A stretch of DNA of 62,949 nucleotides, counting the filler, from Candidatus Rokuibacteriota bacterium (GTDB taxonomy: Bacteria; JAUVQV01; DATDCY01): assembly GCA_031406795.1 (NCBI GenBank). It is 4 parts of 4 records of this genome, joined end to end, with 100 filler letters (N's around TTAATTAATTAA, not from the genome) between each part and the next. Parts side by side here need not be neighbours in the genome. Positions count along the whole stretch, not along the records: positions 1 to 21,514 come from JANOHV010000235.1; 3 more parts are not named here. One strand, given 5' to 3'. The notes below the pieces were generated by a model that saw only the letters and a list, made by a program, of their open reading frames with translations, was not told where the DNA came from and made no database searches. Positions 8,114 through 18,063 of this stretch are shown here, one piece after another; the first letter of the stretch is position 1, and every line of letters begins with the position of its first letter. The translations under genes and the position numbers were made by a program.

Positions 8114-10283
8114 CTAAGGTGTCTTCTGAACCCTCAGGCACTCCTCGATGTATCTTCTGGTCTCGTCGTCTTCAAACCAACAGTACACCCCGCGGATCGC
8201 CCGGGTCAGGAGGATTCTATACCCCTGGAGCAGCTTATCCCGCAAGTCCCGATGTGCCGGGCCGTCAGGATCCTCCTCCTTCTTGGCGCGCTGGATGTGG
8301 CGGGTCAAGCCGCTCTCATGGACCTGTGCGGAATCAACACGCCACAACGCCTTTTGCCGCAGTACATCCTTGAACCAGAGAAGTCCGATGAAGTCGTAAT
8401 CGAAACCTCGAACCGTGTAACGACATCCCACCTCGGACAGAGGATCTTCACCCATCTTTGTGCCAGGAAGTCCCTGTACAAAACCGGCGTACCCATGCTT
8501 CAGATCACGGTGATTCCAGATTCGGCTCCAAAAGACCGGCTTGCCGTTTTCGACCCAGGAGATATGAAAATCCATGTTCTTAGCCGGGAGGCCGTGCGGT
8601 AGGGTGGCTTTTCCCGTGACCCACTTCCGCGCATACGAGGCCACAATGCGAGCGGTATGCCCACCGTCCAGCTTCTCCCGCAGTCGCTGTTCGAGTCCCT
8701 TCAGCGTTTCGCACACTTGGAACTCGAAAATCGGGTTTCCTTGAGCCGCAGCAATGCCTGCTTGATACTGTATGGTGGGTTCCGCAGCCACGGGGGTCCC
8801 ACCGGCGACATGGAGCCCGTCCTGCTGTTGAAAAGTCGCCAAGCTCCTGCAACTTGGAGCCGGGACTCCATCGAGAACCGCCTCCACCCATGACACGTAC
8901 TCCGCAGATCCCCCACACCGGAATTGTGCCCCATCGAGGCTTACGGCGGGCAGCACCTCGGCTCCGAGTTCTTTCGCCCACTGTGTTATTTCTGCGACCG
9001 TTGTCGTCTCCCGCTCGCGAAAACTCTGCTTGCCGTCGAGCAGAAACACACTGACAACCGAGCCCCTGATGATGTGGTAGCCAAGCGGACCGAACTGTAC
9101 GGGAAAGCCGAACTGGCCACGGGCATCCGAATGCTCCGGATTAATGAGGGCGTGCGCCTCGTCGACAATTGACACGAGGTAGGCATCGTCATCAAGCCTT
9201 GCGTGCAGGCCCTACTTTCGGGACAAGTCGATGTTCTCGCGCCAGTTCACGATACCGTCGAATTGTCCAGGATAGTCCTTTTTCATCTTGCCGATATCGT
9301 GGGTCGTGTACGGACAGTATCCGGTGGCTTTCTTGACGACCCCCGCCGCCGCCCGATCACCCGAAGCGCGGGAGAACAGCGTCTTCCAGTTGTGTTCCTG
9401 TGCCGTTGACGTGCTGGTCACCACCACATCACCTTCGCGCAAGTCGCTCATCTGCACGAGAGACGCCCAGAGCCGAGCGGCAATCACTGATTTTCCGGAA
9501 CCAGGGGGGCCTTCGATGATCACCACGATCTTCCGCGGTGTCTTCGCCAGTTGCTGCTCATCAAACAAAGCGTGGCGCACCGCCGCGAGTGCCGCAGCAT
9601 GGCCAAGCCGCTGGTGATCCAGAAGTTCGAACGGCGTGCTGTGCGCATCCGAGAGCTGCGCGCCGATCTGACGGACGAAGCCCCGGGATTGACGGTACCC
9701 CCCACGATCGAATGCAACCGCAAATGCTTCATCGGGCTGCGGGATGCGTCCCGCAAGATAGGAGCCGAAGCGATCCGCAACTCGAGATAGGCACCATAGA
9801 AGGCATCCTTCGTGAAGACTACGCACCCGTCCACCTGGGCACCATGATCCAGTACGGCATCATGGTACCGGCGACAGTATTCAGCGTATCCCTTCACCTG
9901 ATCCGAAGGATGAAGGGCTGGCGCCCCCTGTCGAACCATCAGGCCCTCGAGAGATCCCGCCCTATCGCTGCGCGTCGTCCAGTTCTTCAGCTCGACGATG
10001 ACAGCGCACGGACCGCCCGTCGATCGTCCCAGCGGCACCATGTCGCACCATGATGACGAAGCCGGAAGTCGGTATTCCAGTTCTAACCGACCCCGGCCGC
10101 CGAAGTAGACATGCGCATCCTGAAGGACGGTGCGCTGAACATGGTGTCGACAGCCGCAAAGGATTCCTGCCAGGCCTGGGCTTCTGCGCTGCCGTAGCGC
10201 CCCGTCAAGTTCTGGAGATCACGCACGAGCCCCGGCAGGGCACCACGGACCCGGCTTCTGAATTCGGCGACGGTTAACAGCAT
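8114..10283 (-). pseudogene. DUF2075-type nuclease-helicase, disrupted
   Basis: Fragments lie in several frames: MLLTVAEF (10283), IVELKNW, GPPGSGKS, IVDEAH, VGCRYTVRGFDYD and YRILLTRA. There are frameshifts plus an in-frame TAG at 9212-9214. Confidence 0.75.
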
Positions 10284-10293
10284 TGCGATGCCG

Positions 10294-12008
10294 TCACAGG
10301 CCGGCCTCGAACATCGCGACGGCCTGGCGATACTCCTCGTGCAGTGAAATCCCGGCTCGACCCTTTTGAACCCTACGTACATCAGGCACATCAGCTGCAG
10401 ACCGGAGAATGTCTCACCGGGCAGAGAATTCAGCGAATACTGTTGCGCCGGCGATGCGTAATCCAGTCCGGAGCGGCCCAGCACCGCTATCTCGAAGGCG
10501 ATCTCCCGGATCCGGGTTTTGGTCAGACCGGCAAAGCGACGCAATGCCCCAATCAGGTACATGACCGCCGCCGGAGCCTTCTCGCTGAGCAAGGCGGGGT
10601 TGGTCGTCCCCTCCTTACGGTCGGCTAAATGCTCCTTGATCGTCCAGGGTCCGGGGTCCTCGAGCCAGCGGAACCGACCCTGCATGCCGAGCCGGTCCGC
10701 AAATTCATCGACAAAGTCATACTCGTCTCCGGGCGCAAGGCCTTCCGCACGGGATTTCCAGAACCCGTAGAGTTCCCGGGAGACCTTCGAACCCTCAAAG
10801 TGCGCGTAAGGAGTGAAATGGGCGGTCGTGCCTTCAAAGAGTTCGTCGAGAAAGAGCGCGTACGCGCCGTTGATCGCGTCGTTGATCGCGAGAATCCGCC
10901 GCGGCGCGATACTGCGGGCCTCCTGATTGAGCGTGGCAGCAAGCGCCTCGGACGCCAGCAGATGCAGACCGCAGAATTGCGCGTGACGGAGCGCGGGGAG
11001 ATCGCGGCGAATTCGACGCTCGATGAGCATGTCGATCGGCGCATTGAAGAGCAGGCCGCAAGCGCCCTTGACCATCTTTTCAAAGAAGCCCGCGATCTCA
11101 CCTCCCTGCATCCCCCGCTTGCGCAAACGGTTCGTGTCGCTGTGGCAGGAGTCGCAAGCCCGGCTCGAGATCATCCTTAAAACGCAGCGTCGCGTCGCGA
11201 GCAGATTCCTGCGAGTGCTCTGCAAGCCGGGATTCGATCCTGAGATACGACTTGCGCGCATCCGTGTAGATGGGAACAGTGCGCGCATCCGCCCGGTCAG
11301 CTTCGACAAAGAGTCGCTCGAGCGCGGCGGACGCCTCCTGATACCGCGAAAGCAACTCCAGTGCCCGAGCGCGGCCGAGGTGGCCATTGGGGAACGCGGG
11401 TGCGGCATCGACCACCCTGCTGAATACGTCCAGAGCATCGAGAGCGCAATCTTTTTCGAGAAAGAGCACCCCGAGGCCATTGAGCGCCCAGGGGTCTTTC
11501 GGCGCAACCTGCAGGGCGCAGAGAAAATGCTGCTCGCCCCGGTCCAGATTGCGGTCTCGCTTCACGAACGAATTCGCCATGACCACGTGCGCCCAGGGAT
11601 CCTGCGGATTGAGCAGCAGAACTTCGCGCAGAAGCGTACGTGCCTTCTGATGGTCACCAAGTTCGAAGTACACCATCGCCAGATCCCGCCGCGTCTCCAG
11701 GCGACCCGGATCCGCTGCGAGAGCCTTTGCATAGAGATCACACGCTCGTTTGTAGTCGCCGCGGAGCGATGCCTCTGACGCCTTTGACGCGGCTTTCGTC
11801 GCCCTCACCAGCTCAATGTCGCCGGGTTCCGGAACAGCAATGTCCAGAAGATCCCCTTCGGCAGACACCTGGATTCCTTCCCCAAGAAATGATACTCGTT
11901 ACGCAGACGGTCCTGGTCTATAGGGTCAGCCCACACTCGACCTGAGGCATCCTCGCCGGGGAGAGAACGCACCGCAGCAAGCGAAACCGTGAAATGGTGG
12001 CGATTCAT
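10294..12008 (-). pseudogene. TPR-repeat protein with conserved C-terminal domain, frameshifted
   Basis: ORFs 11805..12038, 11098..11868 (TPR helices) and the distal part of 10083..11507 (FSGLQLMCLMYVGFK) join through frameshifts. TGA at 10294-10296. Confidence 0.6.
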
Positions 12009-12216
12009 ATCAGCGCAATTTTCTTTCTTCCTCGACACAAATCACATTGCCGGTGGCGCTGGCACATACCGGCATTGAGGGAGTGTATCGGAAATACTTT
12101 GCTCTGATAAGGCATTCCTACACAGCCACAAAGGTCAGTACTGGCGAATAAGCCGCTGCATCGCATAGTATTGACCACATGAACGTCGTAACAGGACCAT
12201 TTCATCCCGAGCCTTG

Positions 12217-12419
12217 GGGCGGGGGCGGCGCGGTGACGGGTGGCCGCGTGGCGGAGCGCGAGGGCACCTGGGCGACCGCACCGGAGCGTCCCCGCAGGGG
12301 CGAAGGGTGCTGTCCGAGCCCCGCCCGGCGGGGCGAGTTGCACGCTTCGAGCGCAGGTGCGGGCAAGCCCAGGTCGAGCGCGCAGCTGGCGGCCGCACGG
12401 CGCCGCACCGCCACCGCCC
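12217..12419. repeat. about 200-nt imperfect long hairpin at the island border
   Basis: The ~31-nt ends are imperfect inverted repeats. Inner pairs are ACCTGGGC/GCCCAGGT and CCGCACC/GGTGCGG. Confidence 0.55.
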
Positions 12420-12458
12420 TCTGCACGGTCTCATCCCGCACCCCTGCCCGGTGACGCC

Positions 12459-13025
12459 ATGAGCCTGCGCATCACCGCCGGGGAATTTCGCGGCCGCACC
12501 ATTCACACCGTGCCGGGGCCGGCCGTCCGGCCGAGCCCCGCGATGCTGCGCGAGGCGCTCTTCAACATCATCGGGCCGCGCATCGCCGGCAGCCGCTTCC
12601 TCGATCTGTGCGCCGGCAGCGGCGCGGTCGCCATCGAGGCGCTCAGCCGCGGCGCGGCGCATGCGACTCTGGTCGACAATCACCCCGCAGCCCTCGCCGT
12701 CATCCGCCGCAACCTCGAGGCGCTCGGCGCCCTCGAGCGCGCGGCGATCCTGCGCCGCGACGCCATCCGCGCCCCCGACGATCTGGCGCGCCGCGGCGAG
12801 CGCTTCGACTTCGCCTTCCTCGACCCGCCCTACGACACCGGCACCGCCGCCGCCTGCGTGCACGCCGCGGGGCTGCGTGCTATCATTCCCGCCCGGTGCC
12901 GCCTGTACGTCCAGCACCGGCGCGGCACGGCGTTCCCCGCGGCCCCCGGCTGGCGGCTCGCCGACGAGCGGCGGTTCGGCGACACGATGCTGACGATTTT
13001 CGAACGCGAGGAGGATGGCGCATGA
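12459..13025 (+). CDS. rsmD: 16S rRNA m2G966 methyltransferase
   Basis: LRITAGEFRG, REALFNI, LDLCAGSG and DPPY motifs. Precedes coaD. Confidence 0.93.
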   Translation: MSLRITAGEFRGRTIHTVPGPAVRPSPAMLREALFNIIGPRIAGSRFLDLCAGSGAVAIEALSRGAAHATLVDNHPAALAVIRRNLEALGALERAAILRRDAIRAPDDLARRGERFDFAFLDPPYDTGTAAACVHAAGLRAIIPARCRLYVQHRRGTAFPAAPGWRLADERRFGDTMLTIFEREEDGA

Positions 13026-13546
13026 GACGCTCCGGGATCTACCCCGGGACCTTCGACCCGATCACCAATGGGCATCTCGACCTGATCCACCGCTGGCGCG
13101 CGGTGTTCGACCGCGTCGTCGTCGCGGTCGCCCGCAATCCCCAGAAGGGACCGCTCTACCCCGCGAAAGAGCGCCTGGCCATGGCGCGCGAGGCCGTCGG
13201 CGACGACCCGGGGATCGAAGTCGTCCTTTTCGACGAACTCCTGATCGACTTCGCGCGGAAGCACGACTGCATCGCGATCCTGCGCGGCCTGCGCGCGGTC
13301 TCGGACTTCGAGTACGAACTCCAGATCGCCCTGACCAACCGCCAGTTGCGCCCGGAGATCGAGACCATCTTTCTCGCCCCGAGCATCCACTACATCTACC
13401 TCTCCTCGAGCATCGTCAAGGAGATTGCCAGCTACGGCGGGCCGGTATCGGCGCTCGTCCCGCCGGTCGTCGAGAAGCGCCTGCGCGCCAGCTACGGCAC
13501 GCGCAGCGCCGGCCGCACCCGCAGAACGAAAGGACCAGCGCTATGA
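13022..13546 (+). CDS. coaD: phosphopantetheine adenylyltransferase
   Basis: YPGTFDPITNGH, RGLRAVSDFEYE and SSSIVKE motifs. Confidence 0.96.
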   Translation: MRRSGIYPGTFDPITNGHLDLIHRWRAVFDRVVVAVARNPQKGPLYPAKERLAMAREAVGDDPGIEVVLFDELLIDFARKHDCIAILRGLRAVSDFEYELQIALTNRQLRPEIETIFLAPSIHYIYLSSSIVKEIASYGGPVSALVPPVVEKRLRASYGTRSAGRTRRTKGPAL

Positions 13547-14736
13547 AACTCACCAGCCGCCTCTCGGAAATCGTCCCCTCGGCCACGCTCGCGCTGACCG
13601 CCAAGGCGCGCGCGCTGCAACAGCAGGGAGTGGATATCGTGGGCTTCGGCGCCGGCGAGCCGGACTTCGACACGCCGGCCCCGATCAAGCAGGCCGCCAT
13701 CGACGCGCTCGAGGCCGGCTTCACCAAGTACACGCCGACCGCCGGCATCCCGGAGTTGCGCGAAGAGATCTGCCGCAAGCTGCTCGAGGACAACTCCCTG
13801 GCCTACGAGCCGGCCCAGATCCTCGTATCCTGCGGCGCGAAGCACTCGCTCTTCAACTTCTTCCAGGCGGCGCTCGACCCCGGCGACGAGGTGCTCATCC
13901 CCGCCCCCTACTGGGTCTCCTACCCGGAAATGGTGCGGCTCGCCGGCGGGCGCCCCGTCTTCGTTCCGTCCGACGAGAAGGAGGGGTTCCGCCTGTTGGC
14001 CGACGCCGTGCGCCCCCTGATCACGCCCCGCACGAAGGTTCTGATCGTGAACTCGCCCTCGAATCCCACCGGCTGCGGGCTCGAGCGCATGGAACTCGAA
14101 GCGCTGGCGGCGCTGGCCGTCGAACGCGACCTCTTCGTAGTCTCCGACGAGATCTACGAGCCGCTCACCTACGACGGCTTCCGGCACGTTTCGATCGCCT
14201 CGCTCGGGCCGGAGATCAAGAGACGCACGCTCGTGGTCAACGGCTTCTCCAAGGCCTACTCGATGACGGGGTGGCGGCTTGGCTATGCGGCCGGCGAAAA
14301 GGCGGTCATCGCCGCGATGACCACGGTGCAGGACCACAGCACGAGCAACGCCACGTCCTTCGCCCAGAAAGGCGCGGTCGCGGCGCTGCGCGGCCCGAAG
14401 GAGACGCTCCAGGGGTGGGTGCTCGAGTTTTCTGCGCGCAAGGACCACATTGCGCAATTGCTCAGGCGCATCCCCGGCGTGAGCCTCCCGGAGCCCCAGG
14501 GGGCGTTCTACGCCTTCGCGAACTTTTCGGCTTACTTCGGGCGTACGGCGGGGGGGAACCCGATCGCCGGCTCCGCGGCGCTGTCGGACTACCTGCTCTC
14601 GGCGGCACAGGTGGCGATCGTCCCCGGAACGGCATTCGGTTCGGATGAGCATCTGCGCTTCTCGTTCGCGCTCTCGCGCGAGCGGATCGGGGCCGGGATC
14701 GAACGGGTGGCGGCGGCTCTCGGCGAGCTCTGCTAA
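13543..14736 (+). CDS. PLP-dependent class I aminotransferase (aspartate aminotransferase-like)
   Basis: GEPDF, NSPSNPTG, SDEIY and SKAYSMTGWRLG motifs. Confidence 0.93.
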   Translation: MKLTSRLSEIVPSATLALTAKARALQQQGVDIVGFGAGEPDFDTPAPIKQAAIDALEAGFTKYTPTAGIPELREEICRKLLEDNSLAYEPAQILVSCGAKHSLFNFFQAALDPGDEVLIPAPYWVSYPEMVRLAGGRPVFVPSDEKEGFRLLADAVRPLITPRTKVLIVNSPSNPTGCGLERMELEALAALAVERDLFVVSDEIYEPLTYDGFRHVSIASLGPEIKRRTLVVNGFSKAYSMTGWRLGYAAGEKAVIAAMTTVQDHSTSNATSFAQKGAVAALRGPKETLQGWVLEFSARKDHIAQLLRRIPGVSLPEPQGAFYAFANFSAYFGRTAGGNPIAGSAALSDYLLSAAQVAIVPGTAFGSDEHLRFSFALSRERIGAGIERVAAALGELC

Positions 14737-15797
14737 CCTCGGCCTTTGCGGCGCTTCGAAGCCTGCGCCGGGGCGGCTTTCGCCGGCGCGGGCTTCAGAT
14801 TCTTCCGCCGCACGACCTTCGCGATCGTGATCGGCTCGCCCGCGTCGTACTGGTAGACCGCGCGCCCGATCTGGCCGATCGCCTGCTTGGCCTGCGTGAA
14901 GGAGCCGAACTCGGTGGTGAGCACCGCGATCACGAAGTCGTGGTTGCGCCCGTAGAGGATGCCGACGTCGTGGCAGGCGTCCTTCATCAGGCCGGTCTTG
15001 TGCGCGACGACGACCCCCGCCGGCAGATAGCGCGGCAGCCGGTCGCGGACGTGCTGCCCCTTGAGGATCTCGAGCAGCTGCTCACTGGCCGGCGGGTCGA
15101 GGATCTGCTTGGCGTAGAGGGCCTTGAGCAGGCGCCCCATGTCCGTGGCGCTCGTGTAGTTCTCGATCTTGTTGTCGCGCGCCGTCAGATCCATGATGTA
15201 GCGGGGCATGCAGGTCGCCGTGAGTCCCTGGCGGTGGCAGGAGCCGTTGATCTCCTCCAGGCCCAGCAGGTCGGTCAGGATGTTTGTCGCCGTGTTGTCG
15301 CTGCGCTGCAGCATCAGTTCGAGCAGGTTCGCGACGGTGAGTTTCGTCCCCGATCGCGTGCGTTTGAGCACGCCGCTGCCGTCGGCCTTGTCGGTCGCCT
15401 TGAGCACCACCTCGGCATCGAGCTGGATCTTGCCGGCCAGTTCCTGCTCGAAAACCGAGACGGCGATCGGCAGCTTGATGACGCTCGCCGCCGGGAGCTG
15501 CTGGTTCTCGTTCCAGACGAGCGTCCGGCCGGTTTGCAGATCCTCGATGTAGTAGGAGATCACGCCGCGGAAACGCCCGCGCACGCCGGCGAGGAAACCC
15601 TCGAGTTCACCCCACTGCGGGGGGGCGGGCGGCGGGATCGACGCGAGCACCACTGGTTTTTCGGCCGTGCTCGTCGCCGAAGGAAGCGCGAGTCCGGCGA
15701 TCATGCACGCCAGCGCGCACGCCGCAACCCGGCGCGACAGGAGGTCACGCCGCGGCGCGGGTGAAGCAGGCCCGGTCGGCGAAAGGTTCTTTATCAT
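14733..15797 (-). CDS. serine hydrolase with class A beta-lactamase-like fold
   Basis: SVIK, SDN and HKTG motifs. N-terminal hydrophobic segment. Confidence 0.85.
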   Translation of the reverse strand: MIKNLSPTGPASPAPRRDLLSRRVAACALACMIAGLALPSATSTAEKPVVLASIPPPAPPQWGELEGFLAGVRGRFRGVISYYIEDLQTGRTLVWNENQQLPAASVIKLPIAVSVFEQELAGKIQLDAEVVLKATDKADGSGVLKRTRSGTKLTVANLLELMLQRSDNTATNILTDLLGLEEINGSCHRQGLTATCMPRYIMDLTARDNKIENYTSATDMGRLLKALYAKQILDPPASEQLLEILKGQHVRDRLPRYLPAGVVVAHKTGLMKDACHDVGILYGRNHDFVIAVLTTEFGSFTQAKQAIGQIGRAVYQYDAGEPITIAKVVRRKNLKPAPAKAAPAQASKRRKGRG

Positions 15798-15879
15798 CCT
15801 ACTGGTTCCAAGTATAGGATCTCTCACGAAAAAAGGAAACCACTTTTCGCAGGAATCGCCGGCTTCCGGTCACACCCCG

Positions 15880-16563
15880 TCACGCGCGGGCGGCCGACGG
15901 GTAGAACTTGTGGATGACCGCGATCGCCTCTTCGGCGGTGTCGACCACCCGGAGCAGCGCGAGGTCCTCCGCCGAAATCTTCTGATCCCGCATCATTACG
16001 TCCTGAATCCAGCTCAGCAGCCCGCTCCAGTACTCGCGGCCGACCAGCACGACGGGAAAGGGCCTGATCTTCCTGGTCTGCATCAGGGTGATCGACTCGA
16101 ACAATTCGTCCAGCGTCCCGAATCCGCCGGGGAGGATGACGAATCCCGAGGCATACTTGACGAACATCACCTTGCGGACGAAGAAGTAGCGGAAGCTGAC
16201 CCTGATGTTCGAGTAGGGGTTCGGCGACTGCTCCATCGGCAGTTCGATGTTCAAGCCCACCGACCGGCCGCCGGCCTCGAACGCGCCCTTGTTCGCCGCC
16301 TCCATGACGCCCGGGCCGCCGCCGGTGATGATCGAGAAGCCCTCCCGGGCGAGCTGGCGAGCGATCGCCTCGGCCTTCTGGTAGTCCGCATGGTCCGGAG
16401 TCGCGCGCGCCGAGCCGAAGATCGACACGGCCGGGACGCAATCCGCGAGCGCCTCGAAGCCCTCGACGAATTCCGCCATGATGCGGAACATCCTCCAGGG
16501 ATCCTGCCGCGTGAAGTCCTCGAGCTGGAAGTCGGGGCCGTTCTTGCGCTGATTGGTGAGCAT
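15880..16563 (-). CDS. LOG family (TIGR00730) Rossmann-fold protein
   Basis: SIFGSAR, TGGGPGVMEA and PGGFGTLDE motifs. Confidence 0.92.
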   Translation of the reverse strand: MLTNQRKNGPDFQLEDFTRQDPWRMFRIMAEFVEGFEALADCVPAVSIFGSARATPDHADYQKAEAIARQLAREGFSIITGGGPGVMEAANKGAFEAGGRSVGLNIELPMEQSPNPYSNIRVSFRYFFVRKVMFVKYASGFVILPGGFGTLDELFESITLMQTRKIRPFPVVLVGREYWSGLLSWIQDVMMRDQKISAEDLALLRVVDTAEEAIAVIHKFYPSAARA

Positions 16564-16593
16564 GGGTGTCCCTCGCCGGTGCCGGGCTCTCCC

Positions 16594-16875
16594 CTAGGGC
16601 TTGGGCATCTCCCGCGGCTCGCAGAGCAGCTCGGCATTGACCGAGACCTTGTTGCACGTGGCGCAGACCCAGCGGATGTTATTCTTGCGGTTGACGCACT
16701 GGCGCGGCGGATTGTTGTCCGGAATCCCGCACCAATCGGCCTTGGTCCCCTTGCCCTGCACCTTGCAGATCTTGTTCGGGTCGAGCGACACGGCGCCGCA
16801 ATTGGCGCAGAAGAACGCCGGCGTCTCTTTCGGGAGGGTAACGTGCGCGACCGGCTTCGATTGCTTTTTCAACAT
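16594..16875 (-). CDS. small Cys-rich hypothetical protein
   Basis: 93 aa with two CxxC-x10-C units. AAGGAG RBS. Confidence 0.75.
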   Translation of the reverse strand: MLKKQSKPVAHVTLPKETPAFFCANCGAVSLDPNKICKVQGKGTKADWCGIPDNNPPRQCVNRKNNIRWVCATCNKVSVNAELLCEPREMPKP

Positions 16876-16970
16876 CGTTTGTCCGCTCCTTTGCTGTCGG
16901 CAGAGTTGCCCGTGTGCCCGTGTCGGGTATTGTAGTCGGAGCTGCGCGGCGAGTCAAAAGGCGGCGGCGC

Positions 16971-17612
16971 TCACTCCTCGGCCCAGACGAAGCGCTTCAG
17001 CACCTGCTGTTCATCGGGGGAGAGACCCACGAACCGCGCCCCGAAGCAGTGCGGGCCGTCCTCGGGGTCGTCGAAGGCGCGCACGACCTCGCCCTCGAGC
17101 GAGACACGGCGGCGGGCGCCGGGGACGAAGAACGAGATCAGGATCCGCTCGGAGAGCTGCAGGTCGACCGCCAGCGAGAAGGAGAGTCCCGTGAGGCTGA
17201 ACTCGCGCGAGGCCCCCATGTGCACATGCTCGCCTCCCGCGCGCTTGATCCCGATCACCGCCCGGAAGAGGCGGCGCTCCGAGACGCCGAGCAGCCGCGA
17301 GGTCAGCGAGAGAAACGCGCGCTCGCCGATGCTGCTCGACGCCGCCATCCGGTGCGCTCCCTGTCCGATCGGGGTGACCAGATCGGGCGGGCGGCCTTTT
17401 TCGAGGACCAGCAGCGCGCCGTCCCACCAGCCCGGCTGCAGGGCGGCCTGGCGGGTGTCGCCGATGAGCACGAGATCGGGCCTCGCCGCCATGGCCGCCC
17501 CGATGGAGTCCCCGCTGCCCACCTCCGCCACGACCGCGTTGACTTTCGCCAGGAGGTCCCGGATGCGCGGCCAGAACGGGCGGCCGTCCTCGATGAGCAG
17601 GATGCGCTTCAT
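16971..17612 (-). CDS. PilZ-domain protein with degenerate receiver-like N-terminus
   Basis: RRLFR (RxxxR), EFSLTG, and GEVVR...FGARFV. Confidence 0.75.
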   Translation of the reverse strand: MKRILLIEDGRPFWPRIRDLLAKVNAVVAEVGSGDSIGAAMAARPDLVLIGDTRQAALQPGWWDGALLVLEKGRPPDLVTPIGQGAHRMAASSSIGERAFLSLTSRLLGVSERRLFRAVIGIKRAGGEHVHMGASREFSLTGLSFSLAVDLQLSERILISFFVPGARRRVSLEGEVVRAFDDPEDGPHCFGARFVGLSPDEQQVLKRFVWAEE

Positions 17613-17666
17613 GACCGGCCGTCGCCAGCCACCCTGGCCGGCCGACCGGCGGCTGCTCGCGCCGGG

Positions 17667-18050
17667 TTACCCGAGATACGCGGCAAGCCGGGCCCGCAGA
17701 TGGTCGATCCGGTACGGCTTCGTGACGTAATCAACGCAGCCGGCCTCCCGGGCCTTGCGCTCGTCAAAATCGCCCGTGCGCGCGGTGAGCGCTACCACGG
17801 GTATCGCCGCCAGCATCGGGTCGGACTTGATGCGTCGGGTCGCGTCGAAGCCGTCGAGTTTCGGCAGCATCATGTCCATCACGATCAGATCGGGCCGCTC
17901 GCTGGTCGCGAGGCGCACTGCCTCTTCACCGTCACGCGCAAAGAACAACTGGCGGTTGTGGCGCTGCAAAGCCAGCGTCAGCACGTGCAGACTCGTCTCC
18001 TCGTCTTCGACGATGAGCACCTTGATCTTCGCGGGATTCTCACTGCTCAC
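17667..18050 (-). CDS. single-domain response regulator
   Basis: VLIVEDE, MDMMLPKLDG, ALTA and TKP motifs. Confidence 0.92.
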   Translation of the reverse strand: MSSENPAKIKVLIVEDEETSLHVLTLALQRHNRQLFFARDGEEAVRLATSERPDLIVMDMMLPKLDGFDATRRIKSDPMLAAIPVVALTARTGDFDERKAREAGCVDYVTKPYRIDHLRARLAAYLG

Positions 18051-18063
18051 GGCCCGGCACCCC

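Noticed and set aside
9212-9214. Amber recoding (pyrrolysine or stop reassignment) suggested by in-frame TAGs here and in tolC
   Set aside because: This gene also has frameshifts, many intact genes in the window end normally in TAG, and no pyl genes are seen.
14733-15797. Class A beta-lactamase resistance gene
   Set aside because: SxxK, SDN and KTG are present, but no Glu166-equivalent is apparent in the omega-loop region (CMPRYIMDL). It is more likely a PBP-like hydrolase.
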